Counted from the first letter of the stretch, positions 1 through 11,374 are shown. The stretch is 45,747 bases of DNA from Catajapyx aquilonaris (GCA_000934665.2 KZ538827.1:1-45747); one strand, 5' to 3'. Notes: generated by a model from the letters alone, not told the origin. A program made the numbers and translations.

Positions 1-239
1 AAGACGTAATTAAAGCGATTCGCCGATTTTCGTCAAAATCTGACAACCCAAGGGTCAATTTTCCTTAAAAGCTCGGTGAATTGACATGGAATGACCCACA
101 TGAGAGTTAGTTCCCCCGTATTTTTCCCTGATTTGTGACCTCATATAGAGTAAGTGAGAATTTTTCCAGATTTTTAAAACAAGTTTTGAAATTCATTAAT
201 TTTTGCTTTGAAAATGGTAAGTTTTTGGAGAGTCACCCA
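1..239. mobile_element. End of a TIR DNA-transposon-derived repeat (same family as 15151-15300)
   Basis: About 120-239 matches the reverse complement of about 15155-15285 (GAGTAAGTG..AAAACAAGTTTTGAAATTCATTAATT..GGTAAGTTTTTGGA..GTCACCC). Confidence 0.6.
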
Positions 240-354
240 TATACAAAACACTCTTCACCCGTGGTTATTTCACAGGATCACTGGTGGTATGCAGGTTCCA
301 CATTTTTACATGGCTTTTGGTTAGAAAGTAGTCTAGTTGTTAGGACCCCATGTA

Positions 355-564
355 CCCCCGCGAGCATAAAGATGGAGACGGCAGGCCCTTTTTGGACCTT
401 TCTTTATCCGACTCAAATTAATGAACTCTTTTGGGACCGAGTTAGCTGCATCAGGCGTGTGTTCGTGTATTTATGAAGTATATTTGATACTGTAATAGCT
501 GCAATTGGCAGAGCAGCCTGCCGAAGGTGAGGGTCTGCCGTCTCCATCTTTATGCTCGCGGGTG
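355..564. mobile_element. MITE with about 35-bp TIRs, TA-flanked
   Basis: CCCCCGCGAGCATAAAGATGGAGACGGCAGGCCCT at 355, near-perfect reverse complement ending at 564; TA on both sides. Confidence 0.8.
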
Positions 565-1375
565 TACATACAGGGCGTTCCAAATGTGTGGCTCATTTTT
601 AGTTATCACTAATATTGCCCAAGTAGTTATTTTTGTGTAGCTAGTTGTGCCCTGATCCAGGTGCCTCATTACTCCCAGGTGGTCGAATATAGCAGTTTCT
701 ATCAAATAGGGCACTTCGTTAGAGGCACAACAAGTTACAAAAAAAAAACAGCTTCAAGCAAAATTTCCTATTACTAAATGTACTAACATAGTAAGTTTAA
801 TATACAAATATAATTTGTGTTTCCACACATGTCAAGGAGCAGGAAAATGTTGGCCTCGGTGCCTAAACAATTTTCTCCCCTACATTGCAGACTTGTTTTG
901 GGCCAACAAGAATGCAGTAACTGGGTGTCCCACTAGCAAAAAAACCCCACTAGTTGGCTGTAGAGCTCCACTAGTCATAGTACTTACAGAACTCACACTG
1001 TGAACTGTAAAGGATGGTCTTCCTTAACACTATGGCCACTAGTTAATTTTGACTCCATTCTCTGACACTGAAAAAGAGTCATATAACAGCTAGGAGAAAG
1101 AAAGACAGTCTGACACTTCAAACATGTTGGTGGGAACCTTAGGGAGAAAAATCGGGTCATAATATAATCTCAATGGACTCCATCAATGCAGCAGGAAAAC
1201 ACCATCCCCAAGCCCCAACATCCAATATGTGGTAGGCCTACTCAGAAATTTTTGTGTTTTGTAGGCTATGCTCAATCCAAAAATATCCCTTTGTGTAGTA
1301 ACACTCAAAAGTATCAATTTCATATCTAGCCCATATGTAACTTTATGCTCTTCACTCCGTCTATGTAATACTCAC

Positions 1376-4300
1376 TGGCTGTAGCTCAAGGAACATGCGA
1401 TGCTCCTCCTCATTTGGCGAGATACCTTTCACTGCCTCAGCATAACTTGGATCACCAAACAGGAAATGCGGCAGAGAAACATAGGCAGGAGCTCCAAATT
1501 TGCACTTAGCGATGTTCAGGACCCCATCTGGCCAGTCCTTTTGACCGGTTGTTGGGGAGAAGCACCAGTTGGACGGGCAGGTAGTACGGTTAGCAAACAG
1601 CATGTTCTCTACTGCGTACCGATATCCAGATACGCCTAGGAAGGATGTTTCCCTCAAATATGGAAGCGTCATGGGCCTGTGGAAGTAGAAAATAATCAGA
1701 CAGAATGTCAATAACAATTCATTCACTATTAATGCTGCCATTTTTAGTAGAGTACATTTTGTAGTACAGTAAGTACCCAGGTAATTCCATGTGAGATCGC
1801 CCAAGACATAACACCCCCCAATTTTGAATTGGATTGAAAATTGTAGCCCACATTTGTGCCACGAATCGAACATGATATGTATATGACATTGACCCCTGAG
1901 GTCAATAAGTCAAGTATTATTTGCAGATGAAAAATCCCTAAAACCGTCAGCTAGTATTTATACATTTATTTACTCATCTGTTATTATGCATCAAATCGTC
2001 ACAATTGTGGTGCCATCTAATGGGGAATACATACGGGTTCAAGGCTTTTTAAGTATATGAAATATCGCTTTTGAGACTTAATTTTATGACAGGTCAAAGG
2101 TCACCATTTTTTGTTTCTCAAAATGTGTATTTTTAAAAAATGCCAAAATTAATTCAAATACAAGTTATACTTATGTCGAACGGCTGACAAAATTTCACAT
2201 CACAATTTTTCCGCGTTTCCGAGAAAAAAAATCCCAACCATGTCAATGTAACCTCATGCAACCGCATGACCACCTGCGCGGCGACTCATCTCTCCCTCCA
2301 GACAAAAGCTCGGGCACCGCAAAGAGACACCAGCTGCAGCAATAAAAATCCACTGTGTTAAAATAAGACCACGTGCGATCTTTACCCACCATTCTGTTAA
2401 CGGGAGTTCTGCTACTGACGAATATTGACGAAAAGGCGGGAACCATTGTCCAGCACATGTGCTGCTCAGATGTATACATTGTCGCCATAAAAATATGTAG
2501 AGCTCAGCATGCTGGTGTCTGAGGGAGTCATTTTGCCAGTTGAAGAAAAGACTATGAGCCGAACAGTGATGTGGTTCAGTTCTGTATATTAATCCTGGGT
2601 GGTTTGAGTGTGTGTGTGTTGTGATATACATTGTTGCTGACTGTGAGTGTGGGATTTTGTCCAGTTCCAGTACTGGGAAAATATCTTGCACTATTTAAGA
2701 AATATGAGGAAGTGAAGTTTTAGTGGCAAGCCCAACAAGTTCCACCAGTTGGCACGCACACAAAAAACCGGTCTTCCATCCTTAACCCCCAAGGAAAAGA
2801 ATGCTTTGTCTCTCCGTACGCAAGTGAGTGAGAGTGCTATAAAGACTATTTGTGAACACCACTATGCCTCCCTGTACGTCAGTTTCTAGTTTTTTAAACG
2901 GAAGTGTTGCAACCCTTTTGGACTCCATGATAACAAGGTGCAGACAAAAGCACTTCAAATCATCAGTAACAAGTTCTACAACCAAATCAAGACTATTGCT
3001 CCACTGGCGGTTCTAGGCGAAAAAAATTGCATTACTTGCCAAATGGAAGGGGATCGCCTTGTAAAACCTGCATATGACAGTGCATCAGGCGGTTTGGGTA
3101 AAACTGCATCAAGTAGTCTTGATGCAGCGGGGTCAAATGAAATCGACAAAGTGACGGGAATTTACAATTTGACTGTGCAGGACAGTGAAAAATTTGAATA
3201 TCAACTCAAACATCGTGACAAGTAGTGACCGAAGAGGGTAAGAGGTTATAACTTGAAATATTCCAATGCCTTCTTGTACTTCTCTTGTTCTCAATTTTTA
3301 ACTGCCTTAGTGTTGAAGTTACAATAGCATAGTACATACTGTAGTTTAAGGTAATACAAGGTTTCACTTATGTTAATGTGCTGAGGAAGAAAGAAAGGTT
3401 TCATAGTTGAAAATGATGTTCATCTGCTGTTGGAATTTTTTGATTACTTAACACGTGAACTACTGACATGTAATGTGTGTTGTGTGATTTTAAAAAAGTC
3501 ACATGGTAAAATGTATTCCACGGCTTTAATTGATATTAGAAGTATTTAGACAGTTATGGGTAAGTGATATGCAGAAGCAGAAGCACTCAATACTGGAGGT
3601 CAGTCGGTAGCCTGGCAGTACATCATTATCGATTAGATATTTTTTCTCAAAAACGAAGCAAAATTGTCCGTTGAAATTTATGGGCATATGTCTGTAGTGT
3701 CATTGTACATTTTTGCATAATTTTCAAAAATACACTTTTTGAAATGACAAAGGTAATGGATTTTGACCCCATAAAAATATCTTTAAACATAGCTTTTTTT
3801 AAAATTAAAATATAGATTGCGAAGTAGTACCCTTTCCTAAAAATTTGATACTAAAATTATTAAGGTAAGATAAAAACTACTCAGAAATAAATCAATTTTG
3901 AAACATGTGTATTCGGTTTTGGAATTTTTCATTTGCTTGTAACTTGTGAACTATTGACCCCAAGATTCAAGAATGTAAATGTTATATTTCATTGTTATGG
4001 TGTAAGTTTATATTCCAATTTTCAGTTTTATTAAAAAATAGAGGGTGTGAATCTTAGCTTTTTTTGGGTGATGTCACATGGAATTACCCACCCGTTTTAC
4101 GCCGTTAATTGGTTCCAGCAACATAGCGGCGTAAAGTGAATCGGGGTAAAACGAGACAAAATTATAATGTAAGTAAATGAGATAGGTTCCAAAATTTCCA
4201 AAAGTTTTCCACATACAGTAGTAATATTGCTGTTTTTTATGATGATCTGAGTATTTGAAACATTTATTGCACACATTTATTGCACACATTTATTGCACAC

Positions 4301-7300
4301 ATTTAATGGGAGGTTTCAGGGTGATGCTCATAGAGTTCAGAAGGGTCCTTTCCCTTCTTTTGCAAGAAATGCAGTACAGTAGTGTATTGTAACGATGGAT
4401 ACAATACTTCAGGGAGGCCAGAGACCAACAATACAGTACTATAGATATCTATACACCCTGCCACAATGCACCACGAAAAACATAAGAAGCGCCAATAAGG
4501 TTGTGTTTGGCCCACAGTTTGGACTCAGAAGTGTTGTCCCTGAGATGTGATTATGTTTAGAATGTTTTGTATTTTCAAATTGTTTTTTGTTTTGTTGTAC
4601 CCCATGCTATGGCCCTAGGCCCTCTTAGGGGAGTGGAATACCACCATCAGGTGCAGGGGACAGGATAGGGATAATGAGGGGGGGGGGGGACACTGNGGGG
4701 GAGGGGGGAACTGGTGCAAGTGTAATGTCTCATGGTGGGGGTCGCATGCAGTCCCTCAGGGAGCCCGTTTGCCAAGATGACCCCCTAGATGCAGGTCAGA
4801 AACGCCCCACCGACACTGCACCTCCTCATGGATGGGACAAGGATAGGAAAGGAAGGAAGTGGCTGAGGCCTATTATTTAGGAAGCAATCCCGGAATTCTC
4901 CTGGGGGGACCGTGGGATACCACAGAAAACCACGGTTAGGATTGCCGGCCCCGGGACTCGAACCCAGGACCTCCCGATTAGCAGTTGAACACCTTATCCA
5001 CTCCACCAAACTGCTTCGGTTGTATTTTCAAATTGTCTTAAATTTTCTGGTTTAAAAATTTTCAAAGGTAATTTTGACACCGGCGTTAATGTGAAACGGT
5101 GTAAAATGTGTAGTGCCCCTTGCACAAAGCATGCAACTACTACAAAGAGTAAGAGCAAGTTCCCCCCCTTCAATACAGCACCTACTCAGAGCCTCAAAGT
5201 AGTAGTACAGAGGAAAAAGTGTGTTCTGAATTAATATCAAAATAGCAAGGTCAATGTGTACAGCCTTCCTCGGCCGTGAAGGTCCGCCATCTTTGATAGT
5301 TTTGCCATGGCACTTCACGGCAAGAACATGTGCGAATTTGAATATTTTTGCCGTACTTACAGAATCAATACGTAGAAAAGTGCGTTAAAGGAGCTCATAC
5401 GGCAAAAATATTCAAATTCGCGTGTGTTCTTGCCGTGAAGTGCCATGGCAAAACTATCAAAGATGGCAGACCTTCACGGCCTGTCTGTATCCTATTTATC
5501 CCTCGTTGGCGCCAGCCTGATACTCACGACCGGGTGCAAGTGTTGTGGCTTTGAAACATTGCCTTTTGGCTGTATTTTCACCCTGCTAAAGTGGAAATTA
5601 GCAGCGGAGGTGATGTTTTCTCAACACTATAGGCCAAGCAGAATTAGAAAATACAAAAATTTCAAAATTCAGGAGGGTAAGAAAAGTCACTTTGGTCTTC
5701 AGTCTTAAGGATCCACCAATTGGTACAGGACACTCCATCCTTTGGCAGGACAAAGGACATATCGGCATGCACAAATACGTGAATCCTTACAACTAAACCG
5801 AAAACTAGTGCTATAACCACCAGTGTGTAGACCCTGGTACTGTTCACATGGTGCAAATGGTAATGACAAACTGGGAGGAACCTTACAGACACCCAGTGTA
5901 AACCCTGAATAGAGAAGGCAGATAAAACACAAAACTTCTCAAACCTGCAGATGTCTGAGAAGAATATGGTGACGTTTGTCTTGGTCCTCTTCGGTGGAAA
6001 GAGTTCGCCCTCTGATCCATTGACCATTCCACAATAAGACTCGTAATACTGTGTCTGGGTTACATTGTTCCAGGAATCAATATCAGCCAGGTGCTTTATA
6101 TCTGCAGATCCAGTGTTCATCTCAAAGTAGCCATCATATGTACTCGAGCCATTTCGCTTTAAAAAAATTACACAATATCAATGTTAATGCAAATGAATGT
6201 TATTGCCTTTCAGATACTCTATGGCAGCAGCCTTCAACCTTTTTTTCCTGCTTCAAAACCCTTTTGCTTTACACAAATTTGGCTGGAACTCTGTACAGTA
6301 TTGTCCAATGATACCAATACTTATGAATATCTATTAACAGCTACGTGCTCTCTTCAAATCTATTACATACATGTAGTCCACTTTAGGTTTTTTAAATTTT
6401 CTGGCATGAAAATAATGAACCAGAGAAGAATAACCAATATTGATATTAGCATGTTGACATAATGTAGACCCCAAGAATCTTAAAAGAATCCTGCAAAGAG
6501 GCCTGCATATCCCTAGGGTTCCACAAACACAGGCTGAAAACTGCTGCCCCTTATGATTGTCAAAGTGTTTGTTGCCAAGAAAGTGGGCACCAAATAATAA
6601 GTTACTCACAGGGTAGAACCATCCAAACTTGTCATAAGGCACGTCAAATCCAGGTAAATGGAACTCCCTGACCAGATTCAGAAGATCGTCATCATAGCCT
6701 TCAAAAAGTAGCTCTCGAACTTTTTTAGACACAAAAACCTTTGTTTTGTGCTTCCAAAAATAGCCATCTAAGGCGAGCTTCAGAATAAAGCTGTTTTTGG
6801 CAAAGTGAGCTGCTACAAGTGGTAGGACATTGAGTGACATAACCTCATCATCTTGGCTGCCATGGCTCAGTGATTCCTCAAACCACCAGGTCATTTTCTG
6901 ATGGTACTTTATGGTCGCGTTGGGAGTCCAGTCCAGATCAACTTTCACCCGACTGCCTCTGCAAAACAATGAAGATAGTATTAGTCTCTTATTTCTATTA
7001 CTACTACTACTATTGAAATTTTCAATATAACAATAATAATACAGTCGAATCCCTCTATAACGAATCCGGATATAACGAAAATCCGCTTATAACGAAAGAA
7101 AGTTTTTGACCGTCAGAGGCCCCATATAAACCCATGTTAAAAATATCCACCCTCTTGGACGAAAAAGGGCGGAAGTAGGCAAATTGGGCCATAAATCACC
7201 ATCTGTGTGGTCGGGATTCAACCTTTTTTCACACATTCCCACCAAAAGTTGATAATTTGGGGTCCTAATGGAAGGGAAATGATTCTCTGGGAGGGGGGGA

Positions 7301-9849
7301 GGGCTGTCGCGCAGTGACTCAGAGCTGCCCACTGGATTTATTGCTAGCTCGTGGCTCCCCCAGGGAAGGAGGCAGGTGGTTAAAACCTGGAAAAATTCAT
7401 CAGAAATTTGAGCAGCAAAACGAATCACATCTGGAAAGGAATTCCTGGACGCGGACTTATCATATGCTGCCTAAATGGTGGGATGAGGGTGCGAGCGGAA
7501 TAGGTGAAGGGCCTAGTCTGCATCTGGTGCAGTCCTCTGGTGTTTGCTGTAACTTATTGTTGTCGCGTTTGCGCCGTGCTTTGTGAGATAATCTAATTTA
7601 GCGCGGAAGAGTTTTTTAACTATTTTTCCCACTACCAGGGCATCATATGACACCTAAATATGGAAAAAAGTTGGGGAGATGAAGTGGCGACCGCGCCCAC
7701 GGATATGAATGTCCCGGGTTCCCCCCCGGGTTCCCCACCCGGGGTTCCCACCTTTATCCGTGCAGAGTTGGGCCATCTCTGGCTTCATTTCGGGTGGAAA
7801 TATCCTAAAAGACTAATCCACCCGGGGGAGTTCACAAAATGACCACTCAACGACAGCACACATGCACTTTGCACATCCCCTCCCACCTAGGAGTAAACTA
7901 ATAAGATCCTTCTTAACACGCTCCAACAAACCCTGATAGTGGTAATCCACNNNNNNNNNNNNNNNCCCCCCCCCAAAGGAGTAAGTAGCTCCCTAAGTGG
8001 GGTAATGAAAAAAAGAAGAAAAAAAAGCGAAAAAAGTGAGGCTTAAATGAATTTTTTTATATATAGCAAAATTCGCATATAACGAAAGAAAATTAGGTTC
8101 CCTTCAATTTCGTTATAGAGGGATTCGACAGTAATAATAATTCATACCCCGTTATCAGCCATCGGCTCTTTAGGGGGGAAGTATGTTTTGCCTGGAACTC
8201 TTTGCTTTTCATTTTACTGTGCTCTTTGGGATAGGATAGGGACGGAAGGAAGCGGCTGTGGCCTATTAATTATGGAAGCAACTCCGGAATTTTCCTGGAA
8301 GGACCGTGGGAAACCACAGAAAACCACGGTCAGAGTTTCCGGCCCCGGGATTTGATCCCAGGACCTCTCGATTAGCAGTCAGACACCATATCCCCTCCTC
8401 CAAACTGCTTCGGTGAAATTTTCAATATACAGTAAGTACCCATTTTATGCCGCTCCATTTTACGCCATTTCACATTAACGCCGGTTTGAAAATGGCATTT
8501 AAAAAAATTTTAATTTAAAAATTTTGCAAAATTTGACGATAACTTAATCTGAACGCAACACTTTTGAGTCCAAACACATGACCATAAATGCTCTTTTTTG
8601 TTTTTCGAGGTGCCTTGTGGCAGGGTATATCAATAAATACAGTACTGTATTGTTGGTCTCGGCACTCTCCGAAGTCTGTTAAATACCCTACGTCTACTGC
8701 AGTTCTTTCCAAAATAAGGGAAAAGAGGCCTCAGAACGCAATGACCCTCAACCTGAAACTTCCCATTAAATGTGCATAGTAAATGTTTCAAATAGTCAGC
8801 ATTAAAAACAGCAATTTAAGTATACTGCCTGAGGGAAAAAATTTGGAAATCTTGGAACCTATCTCATTTACTTAAATTATAATTTTGTCTCGTTTTAAAG
8901 CCTTCTCAATTTACGCCCCATTTTGCTGGAACCAATTACCGGCGTAAAACAGGTACTACCTGTATTAGGCATTGTAAGCTGCTCTAGCAGCATTATAACC
9001 CATAGGTACTATAACTGCTGGTCTTTATGTGTGGTAATATTACCTAAAAGTGGAATTTCCTAAAGACTAATCCACCCGGGGGGAGTTCACAAAATGACAT
9101 TAGCAATGACATTGCACTGCACTTTGCACATCCCTTCCTGTCATCCTGCCTGTGGGCCCAGGCGATTCGCTCAAGGTTCCAGCATTGTACTGCATTGTAC
9201 TTCAAGTACAGTAAAACATCTATAAGTCGAATCTCCATGGGACCGGGGAAAACTTCGAGTTATAGAAGATTCGAGTTAGAGAAGTTTGGAATTTTTAAGC
9301 ACATAACTCTATAAGGAAGCCTACCTTTATATCCAGGGACGAAAGGTGATCAAAACTTTAAAATAACTGTCACTATCACTCTTACAATGTTCCTCGTTGT
9401 TTTGTTGTAAAAAAATCTCCGGACATTTGCCTACTCTTAGATTCAAGGATTCAATTGTCACAATCGAGTCAAACACTTCTTTCGGTACGTCTGGTAGACG
9501 GAGATCAGGAAATTGAGCCTTTCTGTACATGCGGCCTCCTCTCGACCCTTCGGCTGGGAAATGAGAAAATTTTCCACATTCGCCAAGATGAACTTCGACT
9601 TAGGGAGACTGAAAATGCAATGATATCCCATCGTAAGGCCCTGCCTGCACTTGGAGTTATGGAGAACTTCGAGTTATAGAAATTCGAGTTAGGGAAGTTT
9701 ATTTCCTATTATTTTACATTGTGACCAACCAAGCTCATCATTTTCTTCGACTTATAGAGAACTTCGACTTAGGGAAGTTCGACTTATGGAAGTTTTACTG
9801 TATAATAACGGTCCGTGCTCCGTACCTGATACAGTCTAGCACTACCCGG

Positions 9850-9927
<78 letters not shown>

Positions 9928-10282
9928 TGAAAGTGTATGGTCCCAATTGCTGAAGTTGAGGCTTGGCATGCTTTTTAAGAACATCTTCTGGATTGGTCAC
10001 ATTAAAAATATAAACTCGGAGATAGAGAGGGATTGGGGTCACCTTCCACATTTTGTAGCTCAGGGAACCATCCTTCACAACCAATTCCTAAAACAAATAA
10101 ATGTATTATAATTTTGATGCAACCTTTCAACAGCTGGGGAGAAACTTTTCCAAATGAATGATCACCTTGTTCAAGATGATGTCACTTATTTCTGGCCAGC
10201 ATATGCCGATTATACCTCCACCAAGGGCTAGGAATAACCCTAGCCCAGTTACAGCAGCTAGCTTGCATGGTGTACAAGGCAT
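1376..10282 (-). CDS. CD36 / class B scavenger receptor, croquemort-like; 3' exons not found in the window
   Basis: Coding exons 10282-10166, 10087-9927, 6958-6610, 6156-5945, 1676-1376; all GT-AG, phases 0/2/0/2/0. Translation gives an N-terminal TM (MPCTPCKLAAVTGLGLFLALGGGIIGICWP) and CD36 motifs YIFNVTNP, LGPYTF, LLFEGYDD, FGWFYPRNGS, VNGSEGELFPP, SDICR, GAPAYVSLPHFLFGDP. The C-terminal TM exon was not seen. An acceptor just upstream of the ATG implies a separate 5'UTR exon. Confidence 0.95.
1779..4089 (+). mobile_element. 2.3-kb TIR DNA transposon, Sola2-like, with a decayed Cys/His-rich ORF
   Basis: Ends AGGTAATTCCATGTGAGATCGCCCAA and TTGGGTGATGTCACATGGAATTACCC. 4-bp TSD ACCC (1775-1778, 4090-4093). 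Removing it restores the host MITE. Superfamily inferred from TSD length and terminus. Confidence 0.75.
2704..3225 (+). pseudogene. Decayed transposon ORF with an ARL14EP-N-terminal-like Cys/His domain
   Basis: One frame from ATG 2704: MRK*SF..HQLARTQKTG..LSLRTQV..KTICEHHY..F*FFKRKCCNPFGLH..LQII..LGEKNCITC, with two in-frame stops. Confidence 0.65.
4584..5020 (-). mobile_element. tRNA-derived SINE family A, long-tail variant
   Basis: Minus-strand head with A box TGGTGGAGTGG and B box GGTTCGAGTCC; A-rich tail; 16-bp TSD TGTATTTTCAAATTGT (4568-4583, 5021-5036). Confidence 0.9.
5272..5481. repeat. Inverted repeat with about 84-bp arms (MITE-like hairpin)
   Basis: GGCCGTGAAGGTCCGCCATCTTTGATAG..TTTTTGCCGT (5272-5355) versus ACGGCAAAAA..AGATGGCAGACCTTCACGGCC (5399-5481). 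Confidence 0.8.
5550..5697. mobile_element. Single TIR arm of the 10871-11374 MITE family
   Basis: GTGGAAATTAGCAGCGGAGGTGATGTTT..GGCCAAGCAGAATTAG..CAGGAGGGTAAGAA shared with 11230-11374. Confidence 0.75.
7042..8131. mobile_element. pogo/Tigger-like MITE, TA TSD; contains a SINE B fragment and a 15-N gap
   Basis: TIRs CAGTCGAATCCCTCTATAACGAA and TTCGTTATAGAGGGATTCGACAG; subterminal TATAACGAA repeats. Confidence 0.85.
7672..7886 (+). mobile_element. SINE family B fragment (5' half)
   Basis: Matches 40540-40760 (GCAGAGTTGGG..CTCTGGCTTC..CACCCGGGGGAGTTCACAAA..TTGCACATCCCCTCC). Confidence 0.75.
8430..8962. mobile_element. pogo/Tigger-like MITE, TA TSD
   Basis: Ends CAGTAAGTACCCATTTTATGCCG and CGGCGTAAAACAGGTACTACCTG, TA-flanked; second copy at 1767-5110. 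Confidence 0.8.
9053..9920 (+). mobile_element. 5'-truncated SINE family B with (ATT)n tail, split by a MITE
   Basis: 9053-9206 and 9803-9850 are collinear with 40670-40880. TSD TATTACCT(A/G)AAAGTG at 9038-9052 and 9921-9935. Confidence 0.85.
9209..9800. mobile_element. pogo/Tigger-like MITE, TA TSD
   Basis: TIRs CAGTAAAACATCTATAAGTCGAA and TTCGACTTATGGAAGTTTTACTG; subterminal TTCGA(G/C)TTA repeats. Confidence 0.88.
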
Positions 10283-10381
10283 TCTTCATTGGCTGAAAAA
10301 ATGAAAGCTAATTAGTTTTACTATTCCTCCCATGAACATGATCAAAGTGCAAGAAGATCATGATATGGATGTATAAAAATA

Positions 10382-10441
10382 CTACACCGGCAGGGTACTG
10401 AACACACTACTTGTAGTGTGTTCAGTACCCTGCCGGTGTAG
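10382..10441. repeat. Perfect 29-bp palindrome with a 2-nt spacer
   Basis: CTACACCGGCAGGGTACTGAACACACTAC-TT-GTAGTGTGTTCAGTACCCTGCCGGTGTAG. Confidence 0.95.
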
Positions 10442-10870
10442 CCTTTTCCAGTGCAACCCGCAAGGCTAAAAACCCGTTCAACCAGGTTCAAATTTACCTT
10501 GACTCTTGCCAGCCCGCCCGACTCGATTCAAACTGATTGGACGTGACGTCACACCGTAGACCGTAATAAATAAATTGAATACTGCCGTATTTCTAATTGT
10601 TTTATAAAACCGACAGGGGTTGTCGCCACCTACGATTTTTCCCCACCCCCTCGCACTCGCTTGACCCGTGACTCTGATACACCCTGCATAGATATTTTTT
10701 CGTGCTTTTTCCTCAGCAAAAATATTAATTGCCTTCCTTGCCCAAGCGTTTTAGATGCTCAGAATGGCGAGTTCACCAAGTCTTTCCCCTGACATGGTAC
10801 TTCGAAAATACTGCAATTCTTAATTAGCTTCAATTTCGAAAATGAGCGCTCCACGGTTTCCACAGTCTTA

Positions 10871-11374
10871 CAACCAAAGTAACTCTTCTTACCCACCTGA
10901 ATTTTGAAAATTTTTGGATTTTCTAATTCTGCTTGGCCAATAGTGTTGAGAAAACATCACCTCCACTGCTAATTTCCACGTTAGCAGGGTGAAAATACAA
11001 CCAAAATGTGATATTCTGATCGCGGTCGCCTTTCACCGAATGTGTAGCTCTCTCCGGTGCCCTGAAGGAGAAGGGTCATCTCGCGTGCTTTGAAGTCGAA
11101 GCCTTCAACTTCAAAGCGTGACCTTCTCCTTCGTGGCACCGGAGAGCACTACAGACGCAGCGAAAGGCGACCGCGACTGGGCAGCCGGGACCGGCGACTC
11201 GCGACCGGATGCAGGTCTTGTGGCTTCGGAATATCGCATTTTTGCTGTATTTCCACCCTACCAATGTGGAAATTAGCAGCGGAGGTGATGTTTCCCCAAC
11301 ACTATAGGCCAAGCAGAATTAGACAATCCAAAAATTTTCACAATTCAGGAGGGTAAGAAGAGTTACTTTGGTTG
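10871..11374. mobile_element. MITE with about 145-bp TIRs, TTA TSD (PIF/Harbinger-like)
   Basis: TTA|CAACCAAAGTAACTCTTCTTACC ... GGTAAGAAGAGTTACTTTGGTTG|TTA. Confidence 0.85.

Larger units (their letters stand above)
1767..5110. mobile_element. pogo/Tigger-like MITE (family of 8430-8962) interrupted by two later insertions
   Basis: Pieces 1767-1778, 4094-4583 and 5037-5110 are collinear with the reverse complement of 8430-8962; CAGTAAGTACCC terminus after TA. Confidence 0.75.
7030..8414 (-). mobile_element. tRNA-derived SINE family A, short-tail variant; tail split by a MITE
   Basis: Head and body at 8135-8414, homologous to 44543-44808. 15-bp TSD GAAATTTTCAATATA at 7015-7029 and 8415-8429. 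(AAT)n tail lies on both sides of the 7042-8131 insertion. Confidence 0.85.

Noticed and set aside
960..1375. Possible next CD36 exon
   Set aside because: No AG-bounded frame matching the expected continuation (TG.P...R.Q.N) was found; remaining exons are probably outside the window.
2254..2691. 145-aa minus-strand ORF with an SSTCAGQ motif resembling a transposase SD.C.GQ
   Set aside because: It lacks the catalytic Asp and opposes the better-supported plus-strand remnant; probably chance.
4940..5020. tRNA-like sequences (also about 25300-25369, 38790-38859, 40540-40612)
   Set aside because: A/B boxes run into repeat bodies, most with tails and TSDs; these are SINE heads, and no convincing cloverleaf was seen.
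9250..9790. Recurrent TTCGAGTTA/TTCGACTTA units that could suggest a CRISPR-like array
   Set aside because: Short, irregular subterminal repeats of a MITE in eukaryotic DNA; no constant repeat-spacer period.
9721..9984. Poly-Ile and poly-Asn ORFs (also 33254-33506, 37954-38136, 38355-38597)
   Set aside because: Translations of (ATT)n microsatellites in introns or SINE tails.
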